A stretch of 64,000 bases of DNA from Nemertoderma westbladi (GCA_032718475.1 JAUCBJ010007602.1:13783-77782), one strand, 5' to 3'. Counted from the stretch's first letter, positions 25,427 through 40,400 are shown. Notes: generated from the sequence alone by a model not told the origin. Numbers and translations: made by a program.

Positions 25427-27915
25427 GGTTGTCTAATTATTTAATTTTAAAAGGTAAAATCTCACAGAAATGTTGGTAAACGATGTCGCAAGAGATGATG
25501 AGATCTACCATTGCCAAATCCGTGCCACTAAAGGTTATTCAGTTAAGAAGGAGAGAACGAACCCGTATAAGCGAACCGAGTGAGGTAATCATATTAACTC
25601 TCTGGTATTCGCATATTCCAAAAGGGAATTTGTGATACTTCAGTTTCACTTACTATTTCATAAGGTAGACAATTATTGTTGTGTTTCCAACTAACCAATG
25701 ACGAAGTTTCTTAGAGGGCAGCATGTTCCCACCATGATGGCACTACTACAGTGGTGCTCCCATTTCATTCCCCCACTGTGATATCCTGTCAAATCAGAAA
25801 CATCCTGTTACAATGAAACTTCATAAGGCGAACCATCAAAGCGCGACCTGTTCATTGGGTAAGTAAATTACGAAAGAGTTATCAAAAATACAAATATACT
25901 CTGTCACACATAGAACACATTCTTTGATGAAAGTTGATTTCAATCCGGTATAGGCTTTATATATTAATGTTAATTTCCTTGTGGACAATTTCACATTAAA
26001 AGCTAAGGTTTCGCGTGTTTGATATTTATTTAATTACGCGTATGCTATTTAGTTACACACCGAATAAAAGTTACAGCATGTGTAAAATATTTAATCATTT
26101 ACTCGCTATCAGTCACCAGAAAAGTTACATTGAACGTCAATATATTAGTGTGAATGAAGAATGTATGTAGGTTATTCCTAAAACTTTTACTTGATCAAAA
26201 ATTATACATCAGTTGATATGGTTTTTTAATTAGTTCAGTTTTCCCATATGGATTAAATATTGAATAAAATACTGAAACAGGAAATTTGTGGGTGTTTTAT
26301 ATATAGCATAACTTGATAAAATGTATATATTAATTTAATAATAATTAAATTAAATAATAAATTTATATCTATTATTTTGCTTAGTTAACACCGCGAGTGT
26401 GAAAATTGTTATGAACGTAAAGTTCAATAGAATATTAAACAAATGAGTTAAAAAGCAGCTATTTCAGGTTATCAATTAAATTTGGAATACTTTGATCATA
26501 AGAAATTGTTTATTATTTTTATTATTTCGTATAAAATATATTTAATACACTGTATTTATTTGTACATTACTAAGCTTACAAAGCTTACTAAGCTTACAAA
26601 ATAAGCAAGGTATTTTCCTATTTATTAACTTCACAAAAAATAATGCACAAAAATATAAACAGTTGTAGTTATTGTGTGTACTATTACTACTAACTACTGT
26701 AAATCAAATAAGTAAGTATTAGTTAGACTGTAAAATAATTTTATTACAAAATTTTAACAAAACTCAACGCCGTTAGTATTAACAGCGAGTTGTTATTTAG
26801 CATTTTACAACTTTAGAGGACATTACAGTATCGTATTGGCCTGTACATTTAGTATTGTATTTGGTGTTTTAATGTTATTGTTTTGGTGTTGTAATGTCGC
26901 TTTTTTATGTGATATCCAATGACGGCGAGCTGTAAAGTTACGACGTCATTGGCTACAACGTAAACAATAGGTGGTATTTATTATTAATTGCCTGACAGCC
27001 AGATAGGCCTACTGCATTACCTACCGGTAGCTATTAATAACCAGTAGCTATAAACTATTAACATGGCTCCAAACGCCACCATAAATATAAGCTAACTTAT
27101 TTATAACATAATTTATGTCATTTTTACATTTATTTATACAGCAACTAATTTAAGTTGTGCAGTTTCTATCACGTATAATATACATACAATCATTTCATAA
27201 TGTTACAATTTTGGAATAAAACTACATACATACTTGTTGCAAAGTACTTTACAGCGTTCTGATCCTCGTGGCTTTATTTTCACTCACTCACTACGTTCGT
27301 TCGTGTAACAAAAGCTACTTTACACACAAATATGTAAATAGTTATAAACCGAAATAAAATATAATCCCTCCCTAGACAACTAATACAACGTAACATAGAC
27401 AATGTAGCAGCGGTAGTGTAGTACTGCTCTATACACCCCACTCATTGGTTTACTAACTTGCTTTTGAAATTGAAGATGTTTTAGAACATCACCTATGCTA
27501 TATCAAATTATAAAATTTTCTAGAAGAACATTTTCTAGAAGATCTTCTTTCTAAGAGATAGGGACATTTTATGATTTTCAAACAGGCATTTCCTGTTGGA
27601 AACTACTACTACAATGGGCCTGTTGCAGCTGTGTATACTCGTGCTGAAGCGGGGTTTATGACTATGGATCCAATGTATTTTAAAACGGTGTTCTTGAAAC
27701 ATAAAACTATGAAAGATGTTATCGAGATTTTTCACAAAACGAATAGGCTGCTATAATTGAGATGATCGACCTTGAGCCACAACTCGTTAACTTTATCACT
27801 ACACTGTTACTTTGGAATTACATAATAGTATGATAACGCACACCAAATCAACCGACTCTATAGGGTTCGAACCCCTTATTTACCTAGGTTTAAGACTTCC
27901 GTTTACAATTAGCTG

Positions 27916-27961
27916 AGTGTGTTGTGTCTAAGACCATGCTTGGTCTTAGACACAACACACT
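27916..27961. repeat. Perfect 21-bp inverted repeat with a 4-nt loop
   Basis: AGTGTGTTGTGTCTAAGACCA-TGCT-TGGTCTTAGACACAACACACT. Confidence 0.9.
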
Positions 27962-28012
27962 GAAAGCCAACTATTTTTCATTTCTTCATTTCCTCATATT
28001 TCTTCATCCGTC

Positions 28013-28101
28013 GGTCCAGGTAGCTCAGTGGTTTTAGACACAACACATCTGGATCTGAAGATAACCGCAAATTTGAAACCTAGGCACCGGGTTCGAGCCC
28101 T
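28013..28101 (+). mobile_element. tRNA-derived SINE-like remnant
   Basis: A-box-like TAGCTCAGTGG (28021) and B-box-like GGTTCGAGCCC (28090); no cloverleaf. Confidence 0.45.
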
Positions 28102-29228
28102 AATAATAGTTGATATTTTTCGCCCTGAAAAGCTTTGATACCTTCAAAATTTGATTTTAGAACAAGGAGTTATTGATATATTAATCGAAATATAAAGGCT
28201 GGTCAAACATCAATATTATATCCTCTTATGCAAAATAGGCTAATAAACTATAAGGAATACCTCTAATCACGCCGTCCTATCACGAGTGATCAGGGAAACA
28301 CCATGATCGGTTTAGTCATAATAATTAGTCATAATGACACTGGGTCAAGAATAGACTCGTGATTGTAGACATTATTTCCAAACTAGAAGTAGAGTGATTC
28401 CCAAGATATTGCACAAAATGAACAGGACTCAAACAAACTATACAGTTTGTGATGTATAAATACCTTACAGAAGATTTAAAAATATGATCATTTGACCCTG
28501 ACATACAGTAGTTGGTGAAAAGTAAAAACACTTTCATAGTAATAGTGCAGTGATAATGTTATTGAGGTGTGGCTCAAGGTCGGATCATCTCAATTATAAC
28601 AGCCTAAGGTATTCTTTTTGTGAAAATTCTGGATAACATTATCACTCCACTCTTACTTTGGAAGCGTGACTTTGGTCGATTGAAACTCTAATTTTGGGTT
28701 TAGCTGGCCGTCATGTTATATGCAATACTCTGAAATTAATAGTTTTACTCCTAATCTGAAGGTGTCTAAGTAGTATATTTTGCATTGAATTCACATCTCT
28801 TTGGAGGTCGTGGGTTCAAACCCGCATAGGCCAGTGCAGTTTTAGTTTCGGCACGAATGCTTTGAAGGGACTAGCCAGTGCACAAATCTGCCTTGCATCC
28901 TTAAATTGTAGCATTTAATATATAACATTTAATATAATAGTTACTGTTTAACATGAAATTTATTAATAAAAAATAAATAATTAAATTAAATTTTTTTTAA
29001 TTGAATTGTAATTGTTTGGTTTAATTTAAATAAATTATATGGAATATATTAAGAGTAAATTGTGTTATTGATGACAGATAATTATCTAATTATGATTTCG
29101 TATAATGGATGATCGATTGATTGTAAATACAAAGTAAATTATAATAAAACATATTTTATTACAACTGAAAGCGCCGAGGTTTGTAATAATAAAACAGGTC
29201 AATATTGATCTCATTGATAGCGAATATC

Positions 29229-31448
29229 ATGAATGGATTCGATTTCACCGGTTCTTTACTGGTGGTATTTGGAAGTGCCAACATACTCAGTGTATATTAT
29301 GTCATATTCACAAATAAATTTCTTCAAAAAACGCCAAATTATTTCGTCGCGAATTTAGTCAGTGTTGACTTATTACAACTGGCCATTCTTATGGTTTTGC
29401 TTTGGTTTCCATTAACAAACCAATCAATCTGCATTCTCAAGTTGCTCAGCTACACTACTGTCTTGGCGATGGTATATGCCTTGCTCTTTATTGCTATGGA
29501 CAGATGGTACTATATAACTAAACCCTTACGTTATCGTCTACATATCACGAAGATCAAGGCTTTAGGTCTCATTGCCTTAATGTGGTTGGCTTATATCTGC
29601 CAATTTGTTGTTATACTATCAATACATGACAATGCTAACACGGAAGCTATTGTCATCATTGCTGAGTGTACCAATGCTATCCCCAACTGGCTAGCCTGTT
29701 GTCTGATTGCTCAGACATTTATCATCTACCTGACTATAGCTAGCCTCTACGTTATTATATTCAAACTAGCCTATCGAGAACAGAAACGTCGCGGTCGATT
29801 TTCAAAGACTCAAAGTTTGACTTTGACACCAATTTATAAGCGATCCAGACAAAACTCAACTGTGTCGTTAAGTGAACAAGGAAGAACTTTGGAAAGTTTT
29901 CGAAAGTTTCGACGTAATTTCTCTGATAATTTCAATGCCATGCGGCAGAGTGGAAGCCAAGTAATACATTCAGATGAAGTGCCAGAGAACATAACTCAAC
30001 TTGCACGCAGTTGTGAAAACGTATCAGTACTAGATACTGCCTCTTCTAATACCACTTCTATGTCTCAGGCCGATAACGGAAAAGCTAATAATGGCAAGGT
30101 GTGTTATACCAAAACAAGAAATGTTTGGTATAATGCAATTATGAATACAACAGGAAATGAGGTTGGTTTACTGAAGCGTCGTATTTCATTGCCATTTATG
30201 TCCATGGCACAAAAGTATCGAGAAAAACGAAGGAATTCCCTGCAAATTCCAAAGCTTGTTGTTGAAATGGTAACATTTTACGACTGTAGTACCGAGACCT
30301 CAAAAACATGTGATACTGACACTACTGACAATCATGATGAGACTCACTATTTAGGGAACAATCTGTCAACAATAATGAGTGAAGAAAATTCATCATTGTC
30401 TCTTTGTCCAATGAATGATTCAGTTTCAAATGAGTCATTGTTAAGACCAAATCAATCTACATCCAAAGAAACTCAGGACGAGCGCCTATTAACTCCGAAT
30501 TCTGGAAGCAGATTAATTATCCCAAATCAGCAAACTGCATCGAAATCTTTCCTAGTCGGCTCATATTGTAAGACTGACCAAATACAATGTGCTATAAGTA
30601 AATCTATTCCCAACTCTGAAATAATGCCGGATAATTTAGAATCTTTTTCAGTAGTTCCTCCAATGTCAACTGTTTGTAACGAAGCATCAATTGAATGTCT
30701 ACAAAGGATAACAGAAGATGCTTGTGATATTCCAACAAGGGAAACTCAGGGATTTGAGGCTCGAATCATACAAGACCAAAGACACACAGATGAGGTAGAT
30801 GGCAAGAAATCGGAAATGCACCAAGACCCGAGTAGAGAAAAAACGCCATCCGTGGTGAATGATGCCACTAAAGATACTGCACAAGGTGCTCAGTCCCAGA
30901 CTCGAGAACAGTTGACGCATAAAGTTGATAATTTAGCATCTACCGCGGAATTTAAAATAAATTCGTATTTATCTCCAAGGATTCATCAAAGGCGAAGGAG
31001 CCTTTCGCTTCCAGAAGCTACCTCGCTTGTGAATATCGAACGTTGCCATACGCTGAATATACCACATACAGGAAGTGGAGGGCTCAATGGTAGATGGCGT
31101 TCGGTCCCTTCAATTGATCAAATTTCATCAAGAGAATTGAAACGCACCTCGGATATACTAAAAAGATCTATTGATTATGTCATTATTCATATAAAACTGT
31201 TGTTTGGGTATTTCGCAGTAACTTTGAGTTCCTTTATTCTTACAATGTTTTTAATCGGTAGATCCGTATCCATTTACATGGGACATGGAATGGCACATGA
31301 TTTAATCCTCACGGATATTTTTAATTTATTTTTAGCCACTAATTGTGTAGTCGACCCTTTAGTATTTACATTCAGTAGCAATGAGTTTAGAAGAGCATAC
31401 AGAAGGTGGTTTCGTAGACTCTGTAGAAACAGACGGTTTACTTGGTAA
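29229..31448 (+). CDS. Intronless class A (rhodopsin-like) GPCR with a very long third intracellular loop (739 aa from the ATG at 29229)
   Basis: Five N-terminal and two C-terminal hydrophobic helices; TPNYFVANLVSVD (TM2), IAMDRWYYITKPLRY (DRY-like), NCVVDPLVFTFSSNEFRRAY (NPxxY-like plus helix 8). Confidence 0.88.
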   Translation: MNGFDFTGSLLVVFGSANILSVYYVIFTNKFLQKTPNYFVANLVSVDLLQLAILMVLLWFPLTNQSICILKLLSYTTVLAMVYALLFIAMDRWYYITKPLRYRLHITKIKALGLIALMWLAYICQFVVILSIHDNANTEAIVIIAECTNAIPNWLACCLIAQTFIIYLTIASLYVIIFKLAYREQKRRGRFSKTQSLTLTPIYKRSRQNSTVSLSEQGRTLESFRKFRRNFSDNFNAMRQSGSQVIHSDEVPENITQLARSCENVSVLDTASSNTTSMSQADNGKANNGKVCYTKTRNVWYNAIMNTTGNEVGLLKRRISLPFMSMAQKYREKRRNSLQIPKLVVEMVTFYDCSTETSKTCDTDTTDNHDETHYLGNNLSTIMSEENSSLSLCPMNDSVSNESLLRPNQSTSKETQDERLLTPNSGSRLIIPNQQTASKSFLVGSYCKTDQIQCAISKSIPNSEIMPDNLESFSVVPPMSTVCNEASIECLQRITEDACDIPTRETQGFEARIIQDQRHTDEVDGKKSEMHQDPSREKTPSVVNDATKDTAQGAQSQTREQLTHKVDNLASTAEFKINSYLSPRIHQRRRSLSLPEATSLVNIERCHTLNIPHTGSGGLNGRWRSVPSIDQISSRELKRTSDILKRSIDYVIIHIKLLFGYFAVTLSSFILTMFLIGRSVSIYMGHGMAHDLILTDIFNLFLATNCVVDPLVFTFSSNEFRRAYRRWFRRLCRNRRFTW

Positions 31449-32175
31449 TTTAGATTCAAGCCGCTGGAAATATATATTGCTTGAGTATATACAAACATAT
31501 TGACAATGTAGAAGAACCACTTATCACATTGAAAATGCAAATAAAGTGAAGAATAATTGTGTTATTGTGACCGTATTTAATTAACAATCAAATATATATA
31601 TTTCGAAAAGACCCCAGTGACGAGTTGATTTTCCAAGGGACTCTGGGTGTATGTCCAAATGTATATATGTATATATATACATATGTATAATATTCATCAT
31701 GTATGATGAATATTACCATTTATTAAATAAATTCATGACAATTATTATTTCTCTAGAAAGAAAAGTTTGATATAATATATGCAGTATTGCATCTGAAGTC
31801 GGTTTTAGACAGCACATCGATTTCATTTTGTTTCACTTAGAATGAAATTAAATGTAAGAGGGTAATGCTAAATGCATTGCGATCGTGAATAATCGATGTC
31901 CTGATCGATTCGTGGTTTATCACAACGTTGTCTTTGCGCATGGAATCGAAGTAAAACCATCTCAGTTTCTGTGTCTAGATCGTCGGTATTGTGTAGATTG
32001 ATTGGGTGTCCAGTAGTTATGAAATCCATATACGTATCATTAGTAGTAGAAGCATATTTCACCTTATATGCTAACAAAAATGCAATGTCCTCCTATAAAA
32101 AAAGGAATAAGCATGGTTCTATTTGGTCATTTTTCCTTACCATATTAAACTTTTGCTTCTGTACAGCTAGCTATA

Positions 32176-33067
32176 CACCATGTCCCGTAATATAGTGTCA
32201 TTTTCTGATGACATGGACACCCCCCCCCCCCCAGATTTTTCTACAAATCTTTATCATATTGCTTGAACTTTGAAACACAACTAGTTCAACTCGCCGTGGT
32301 TGTTACCATGAAGCCGGAATTTTCGATATTGCCATTAAATTTTTTTATAAGCGTTTTAAAAAAGTGTCTTTTGCGAAATCGCACCCTCCGTATCGTGGAC
32401 ATTCTTCACTTTAGTCGTAATTTTTTCATATCATTAGAAAGCTTGCCTTGCAAGGATTCGAAATATGTAACAATATATGAATTTCGTTGAGAAACAGCTG
32501 AGAAATAGGCGTTCAAAGATTTCAAGAATTATCGTTCGCTGCAGGCCATTTATTCTATTTAATAAATACACAAAATTGTAGAATGTGTTATTTATTTTAT
32601 AAGTTGGTTGGCAACAGCGGTATTCCTATCCAATATATCTATTGTGTAGCTATTCATTCTTAAACAAAATGTTCCAGAACATCGTGTATTTATTAAATAG
32701 AATAAATGGCCTCCAGCGAACGATAATTCTTGCAATCTTTGAACTCCTATATTTCAGCTGTTTCTCAACGAAATTCAGGTATTGTTACAAAATTCGAATC
32801 CTTGCAACGCAATCTTTCTAATAATATGATAAAATTACGACTAACGCGAAGAATGGCCATGATACAGAGGGTGCGATTTCGCAAAAGACACTTTTTTAAA
32901 ACGCTTATAAAATATTTTTTAAGGCTAAATCGAAAATTCCGGCTTCATGGGGTCATCGACGGTGAGTGGAACTAGTTGTGTTTCAAATTTCAAGCAATAT
33001 GATAAAGATTTGTAGAAAAATAATCTCCGTCTCTTCAGAAAATGACACTATATTACGGGACATGGTG
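32176..33067. mobile_element. Non-autonomous Tc1/mariner-like foldback MITE (892 bp)
   Basis: TA|CACCATGTCCCGTAATATAGTGTCATTTTCTGA...TCAGAAAATGACACTATATTACGGGACATGGTG|TA; imperfect arms of about 390 bp. Confidence 0.9.
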
Positions 33068-33149
33068 TAATACCTGTCATGCACATACAGCTATCTTATA
33101 CCTTAGTATACATGAAAGGGAAGCCTGTTTGCGGCAGCATCGTACAGAG

Positions 33150-33700
33150 GGTTTGCACTAATGAGCTGTATGCTGAAGGTGTATACCGCCATAATGGATT
33201 CACGTTTATACGATTGGGCTGAGTCGCGAGGCTTTTCCCCAATGAACAATATGTGTTCAGAAAAGAACATTCAGAACAGGAGCTGCAAAATGTATTTTCA
33301 ATCATATTGTAAATGCACTCAGTGTGCCCATGGTTTGACCGATTGTGATTTGGTGTCAGTACAAAATTTTTTCTTTGCAAAATTTTGTTCTTTTATATCT
33401 TTAAATTTTATATTAGTTGTGATTGGTAGGCGTATTTCGGAGGAAATTATGCAAATTGTTGGAGTATTGCAGGGTGACAGCTTTCATCTCCCTTATTTGC
33501 TATTTTTGGTGCTGACCTGCCAGCCATCTTGATTGTAAAATTCACGCTTTTGTTTACTTGTACGCCTACAAAAATGAGAAGGCGCAAAATGTTCTTGCTA
33601 AATTAGCCGAGTATTGTGAGGTGAATGACCTTAAAGTCAACGAAACCAAAACTGAAGCAGTCAAGTTTCTTAGAGGTGGACGGCTATCTGCTTGTTATAA
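33150..33700 (+). pseudogene. Old fragmented non-LTR reverse transcriptase remnant
   Basis: LMSCMLKVYTAIMDSRLYDWAE, GVLQGDS and YCEVNDLKVNETKT..KFLRGGR in shifted frames. Confidence 0.6.
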
Positions 33701-34428
33701 AGTTAACACGAACTGAAATCCAGTAATGATAAGTATACTCTCTATAGCTGAGTAGGGGCACTTACTCCACTCGGTGGTACTCGTCTCATCCCGACCTATA
33801 TATAATCATGGCCCTCTACCCAATATGTATATAACATGCGAATAAATCAGTATGCGTACAGGCGTATCAGCTACAGGATTGTCATACTCGTGCGTATACG
33901 AGATTTAATGAGGGATCTCATGCAACTGGTATCATTCTGAGAAATGGATGGGTTCCAGTATCCTAGCGAGGCATCTATAACACCAACTCTTCTGGGAAAA
34001 AGTCAGTATATCCTATAGCTGATTGGAGCACTCATAGATTGATGTAAATTAATCTTCAAAACCCCATACAAATATCATGGACCTCTACCACTGCATTATA
34101 TGGTCGAGAAGCCAAATCCTTGATATCTCAGTCAATACTGTATAAATATTTCAAACACCATTCCAGAAATGGATTTCATTGGCTCAATTTTCATTCAATA
34201 GTCATTCATTATATTGGGTTATGCCCCATAATCATTTCATTCCGGTGTAGAATTTATCTATTATACTAGCAGGCAATACCCGAGGCGGATTACCCGGTAT
34301 TTCCCACTACCGGTATAGGCCTACTTGCGTACCGGTACTTGTATAGGCCTACCGGCGTACTGGTATCTGGGACCATTTATTTGCATTATGCGTTATTTGC
34401 ATGGAGCCCTACTGTTACCTCCCAGTGG

Positions 34429-37400
34429 TGTTTCCTAAACAACGTTATGTATATATGTTTCCCAAACAACGTTATGTATATGTGTCTCCTAAACAACGTT
34501 ATGTATATATGTCTCCTAAACAACGTTATGTATATGTCTCCTAAACAACGTTATGTATATGTGTCTCCTAAACAACGTTATGTATATGTGTCTCCTAAAC
34601 AACGTTATGTATATATGTCTCCTAAACAACGTTATGTATATGTCTCATAAACAACGTTATGTATATGTGTCTCCTAAACAACGTTATGTATATATGTTTC
34701 CTAAACAACGTTATGTATATGTGTCTCCTAAACAACGTTATGTATATATGTCTCCTAAACAACGTTATGTATATATGTCTCCTAAACAACGTTATGTATA
34801 TATGTCTCCTAAACAACGTTATGTATATATGTGTCTCCTAAACAACGTTATGTATATATGTCTCCTAAACAACGTTATGTATATATGTCTCCTAAACAAC
34901 GTTATGTATATATGTATCCTAAACAACGTTATGTATATGTCTCCTAAACAACGTTATGTATATGTGTCTCGTAAACAACGTTATGTATATATGTCTCCTA
35001 AACAACGTTATGTATATGTGTCTCCTAAACAACGTTATGTATATGTGTCTCCTAAACAACGTTATGTATATATATGTCTCCTAAACAACGTTATGTATAT
35101 ATATGTCTCCTAAACAACGTTATGTATATATGTCTCCTAAACAACGTTATGTATATATGTCTCCTAAACAACGTTATGTATATGTCTCCTAAACAACGTT
35201 ATGTATATATGTGTCTCCTAAACAACGTTATGTATATATGTGTCTCCTAAACAACGTTATGTATATATGTGTCTCCTAAACAACGTTATGTATATATGTG
35301 TCTCCTAAACAACGTTATGTATATATGTGTCTCCTAAACAACGTTATGTATATATGTCTCCTAAACAACGTTATGTATATGTGTCTCCTAAACAACGTTA
35401 TGTATATATGTATCCTAAACAACGTTATGTATATGTCTCCTAAACAACGTTATGTATATGTGTCTCGTAAACAACGTTATGTATATATGTCTCCTAAACA
35501 ACGTTATGTATATATGTCTCGTAAACAACGTTATGTATATGTGTCTCCTAAACAACGTTATGTATATATGTATCCTAAACAACGTTATGTATATGTCTCC
35601 TAAACAACGTTATGTATATGTGTCTCGTAAACAACGTTATGTATATATGTCTCCTAAACAACGTTATGTATATATGTCTCGTAAACAACGTTATGTATAT
35701 GTGTCTCCTAAACAACGTTATGTATATGTGTCTCCTAAACAACGTTATGTATATGTGTCTCCTAAACAACGTTATGTATATATGTCTCCTAAACAACGTT
35801 ATGTATATGTCTCCTAAACAACGTTATGTATATGTGTCTCCTAAACAACGTTATGTATATATGTTTCCTAAACAACGTTATGTATATGTGTCTCCTAAAC
35901 AACGTTATGTATATATGTATCCTAAACAACGTTATGTATATGTCTCCTAAACAACGTTATGTATATGTGTCTCGTAAACAACGTTATGTATATGTGTCTC
36001 CTAAACAACGTTATGTATATATGTCTCCTAAACAACGTTATGTATATGTGTCTCCTAAACAACGTTATGTATATATGTATCCTAAACAACGTTATGTATA
36101 TGTCTCCTAAACAACGTTATGTATATGTGTCTCGTAAACAACGTTATGTATATATGTCTCCTAAACAACGTTATGTATATGTGTCTCCTAAACAACGTTA
36201 TGTATATGTGTCTCCTAAACAACGTTATGTATATATGTCTCCTAAACAACGTTATGTATATGTGTCTCCTAAACAACGTTATGTATATATATGTCTCCTA
36301 AACAACGTTATGTATATATGTCTCCTAAACAACGTTATGTATATATGTGTCTCCTAAACAACGTTATGTATATATGTGTCTCCTAAACAACGTTATGTAT
36401 ATATGTGTCTCCTAAACAACGTTATGTATATATATGTCTCCTAAACAACGTTATGTATATATGTCTTCTAAACAACGTTATGTATATGTCTCCTAAACAA
36501 CGTTATGTATATATGTGTCTCCTAAACAACGTTATGTATATATGTGTCTCCTAAACAACGTTATGTATATATGTGTCTCCTAAACAACGTTATGTATATA
36601 TGTGTCTCCTAAACAACGTTATGTATATATGTGTCTCCTAAACAACGTTATGTATATATGTCTCCTAAACAACGTTATGTATATGTGTCTCCTAAACAAC
36701 GTTATGTATATATGTATCCTAAACAACGTTATGTATATGTCTCCTAAACAACGTTATGTATATGTGTCTCGTAAACAACGTTATGTATATATGTCTCCTA
36801 AACAACGTTATGTATATGTGTCTCCTAAACAACGTTATGTATATGTGTCTCCTAAACAACGTTATGTATATATGTCTCCTAAACAACGTTATGTATATGT
36901 CTCCTAAACAACGTTATGTATATGTGTCTCCTAAACAACGTTATGTATATATGTTTCCTAAACAACGTTATGTATATGTGTCTCCTAAACAACGTTATGT
37001 ATATATGTCTCCTAAACAACGTTATGTATATATGTCTCCTAAACAACGTTATGTATATATGTCTCCTAAACAACGTTATGTATATATGTGTCTCCTAAAC
37101 AACGTTATGTATATATGTCTCCTAAACAACGTTATGTATATATGTCTCCTAAACAACGTTATGTATATATGTATCCTAAACAACGTTATATATATGTCTC
37201 CTAAACAACGTTATGTATATGTGTCTCGTAAACAACGTTATGTATATATGTCTCCTAAACAACGTTATGTATATGTGTCTCCTAAACAACGTTATGTATA
37301 TGTGTCTCCTAAACAACGTTATGTATATATATGTCTCCTAAACAACGTTATGTATATATGTCTCCTAAACAACGTTATGTATATGTCTCCTAAACAACGT

Positions 37401-40400
37401 TATGTATATATGTGTCTCCTAAACAACGTTATGTATATATGTGTCTCCTAAACAACGTTATGTATATATGTGTCTCCTAAACAACGTTATGTATATATGT
37501 GTCTCCTAAACAACGTTATGTATATATGTGTCTCCTAAACAACGTTATGTATATATGTGTCTCCTAAACAACGTTATGTATATATGTGTCTCCTAAACAA
37601 CGTTATGTATATATGTCTCCTAAACAACGTTATGTATATGTCTCCTAAACAACGTTATGTATATGTGTCTCCTAAACAACGTTATGTATATATGTTTCCT
37701 AAACAACGTTATGTATATGTGTCTCCTAAACAACGTTATGTATATATGTCTCCTAAACAACGTTATGTATATATGTCTCCTAAACAACGTTATGTATATA
37801 TGTCTCCTAAACAACGTTATGTATATATGTGTCTCCTAAACAACGTTATGTATATATGTCTCCTAAACAACGTTATGTATATATGTCTCCTAAACAACGT
37901 TATGTATATATGTATCCTAAACAACGTTATGTATATGTGTGTCCTAAACAACGTTATGTATATGTGTCTCCTAAACAACGTTATGTATATGTGTCTACTA
38001 AACAACGTTATGTATATGTGTCTACTAAACAACGTTATGTATATATGTCTACTAAACAACGTTATGTATATGTGTGTCCTAAACAACGTTATGTATATGT
38101 GTCTCCTAAACAACGTTATGTATATGTGTCTCCTAAACAACGTTATGTATATATGTATCCTAAACAACGTTATGTATATATGTGTCTCCTAAACAACGTT
38201 ATGTATATATGTCTCCTAAACAACGTTATGTATATATGTGTCTCCTAAACAACGTTATGTATATATGTGTCTCCTAAACAACGTTATGTATATGTGTCTC
38301 CTAAACAACGTTATGTATATATGTCTCCTAAACAACGTTATGTATATGTGTCTCCTAAACAACGTTATGTATATATGTATCCTAAACAACGTTATGTATA
38401 TGTCTCCTAAACAACGTTATGTATATGTGTCTCGTAAACAACGTTATTAATATATGTCTCCTAAACAACGTTATGTATATATGTCTCGTAAACAACGTTA
38501 TGTATATGTGTCTCCTAAACAACGTTATGTATATATGTATCCTAAACAACGTTATGTATATGTCTCCTAAACAACGTTATGTATATGTGTCTCGTAAACA
38601 ACGTTATGTATATATGTCTCCTAAACAACGTTATGTATATATGTCTCGTAAACAACGTTATGTATATGTGTCTCCTAAACAACGTTATGTATATGTGTCT
38701 CCTAAACAACGTTATGTATATGTGTCTCCTAAACAACGTTATGTATATATGTCTCCTAAACAACGTTATGTATATGTCTCCTAAACAACGTTATGTATAT
38801 GTGTCTCCTAAACAACGTTATATATATATGTTTCCTAAACAACGTTATGTATATGTGTCTCCTAAACAACGTTATGTATATATGTATCCTAAACAACGTT
38901 ATGTATATGTCTCCTAAACAACGTTATGTATATGTGTCTCGTAAACAACGTTATGTATATGTGTCTCCTAAACAACGTTATGTATATATGTCTCCTAAAC
39001 AACGTTATGTATATGTGTCTCCTAAACAACGTTATGTATATATGTATCCTAAACAACGTTATGTATATGTCTCCTAAACAACGTTATGTATATGTGTCTC
39101 GTAAACAACGTTATGTATATATGTCTCCTAAACAACGTTATGTATATGTGTCTCCTAAACAACGTTATGTATATGTGTCTCCTAAACAACGTTATGTATA
39201 TATGTCTCCTAAACAACGTTATGTATATGTGTCTCCTAAACAACGTTATGTATATATATGTCTCCTAAACAACGTTATGTATATATGTCTCCTAAACAAC
39301 GTTATGTATATATGTGTCTCCTAAACAACGTTATGTATATATGTGTCTCCTAAACAACGTTATGTATATATGTGTCTCCTAAACAACGTTATGTATATAT
39401 ATGTCTCCTAAACAGCGTTATGTATATATGTCTCCTAAACAACGTTATGTATATGTCTCCTAAACAACGTTATGTATATATGTGTCTCCTAAACAACGTT
39501 ATGTATATATGTGTCTCCTAAACAACGTTATGTATATATGTGTCTCCTAAACAACGTTATGTATATATGTGTCTCCTAAACAACGTTATGTATATATGTG
39601 TCTCCTAAACAACGTTATGTATATATGTCTCCTAAACAACGTTATGTATATGTGTCTCCTAAACAACGTTATGTATATATGTATCCTAAACAACGTTATG
39701 TATATGTCTCCTAAACAACGTTATGTATATGTGTCTCGTAAACAACGTTATGTATATATGTCTCCTAAACAACGTTATGTATATGTGTCTCCTAAACAAC
39801 GTTATGTATATGTGTCTCCTAAACAACGTTATGTATATATGTCTCCTAAACAACGTTATGTATATGTCTCCTAAACAACGTTATGTATATGTGTCTCCTA
39901 AACAACGTTATGTATATATGTTTCCTAAACAACGTTATGTATATGTGTCTCCTAAACAACGTTATGTATATATGTATCCTAAACAACGTTATGTATATGT
40001 CTCCTAAACAACGTTATGTATATGTGTCTCGTAAACAACGTTATGTATATGTGTCTCCTAAACAACGTTATGTATATATGTCTCCTAAACAACGTTATGT
40101 ATATGTGTCTCCTAAACAACGTTATGTATATATGTATCCTAAACAACGTTATGTATATGTCTCCTAAACAACGTTATGTATATGTGTCTCGTAAACAACG
40201 TTATGTATATATGTCTCCTAAACAACGTTATGTATATGTGTCTCCTAAACAACGTTATGTATATGTGTCTCCTAAACAACGTTATGTATATATGTCTCCT
40301 AAACAACGTTATGTATATGTGTCTCCTAAACAACGTTATGTATATATATGTCTCCTAAACAACGTTATGTATATATGTCTCCTAAACAACGTTATGTATA

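Larger units (their letters stand above)
27716..28640. repeat. Degenerate ~100-bp inverted repeat pair (about 27716-27810 and 28539-28640), possible old MITE
   Basis: TAATTGAGATGATCGACCTTGAGCCACA versus TGTGGCTCAAGGTCGGATCATCTCAATTA. Confidence 0.6.
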
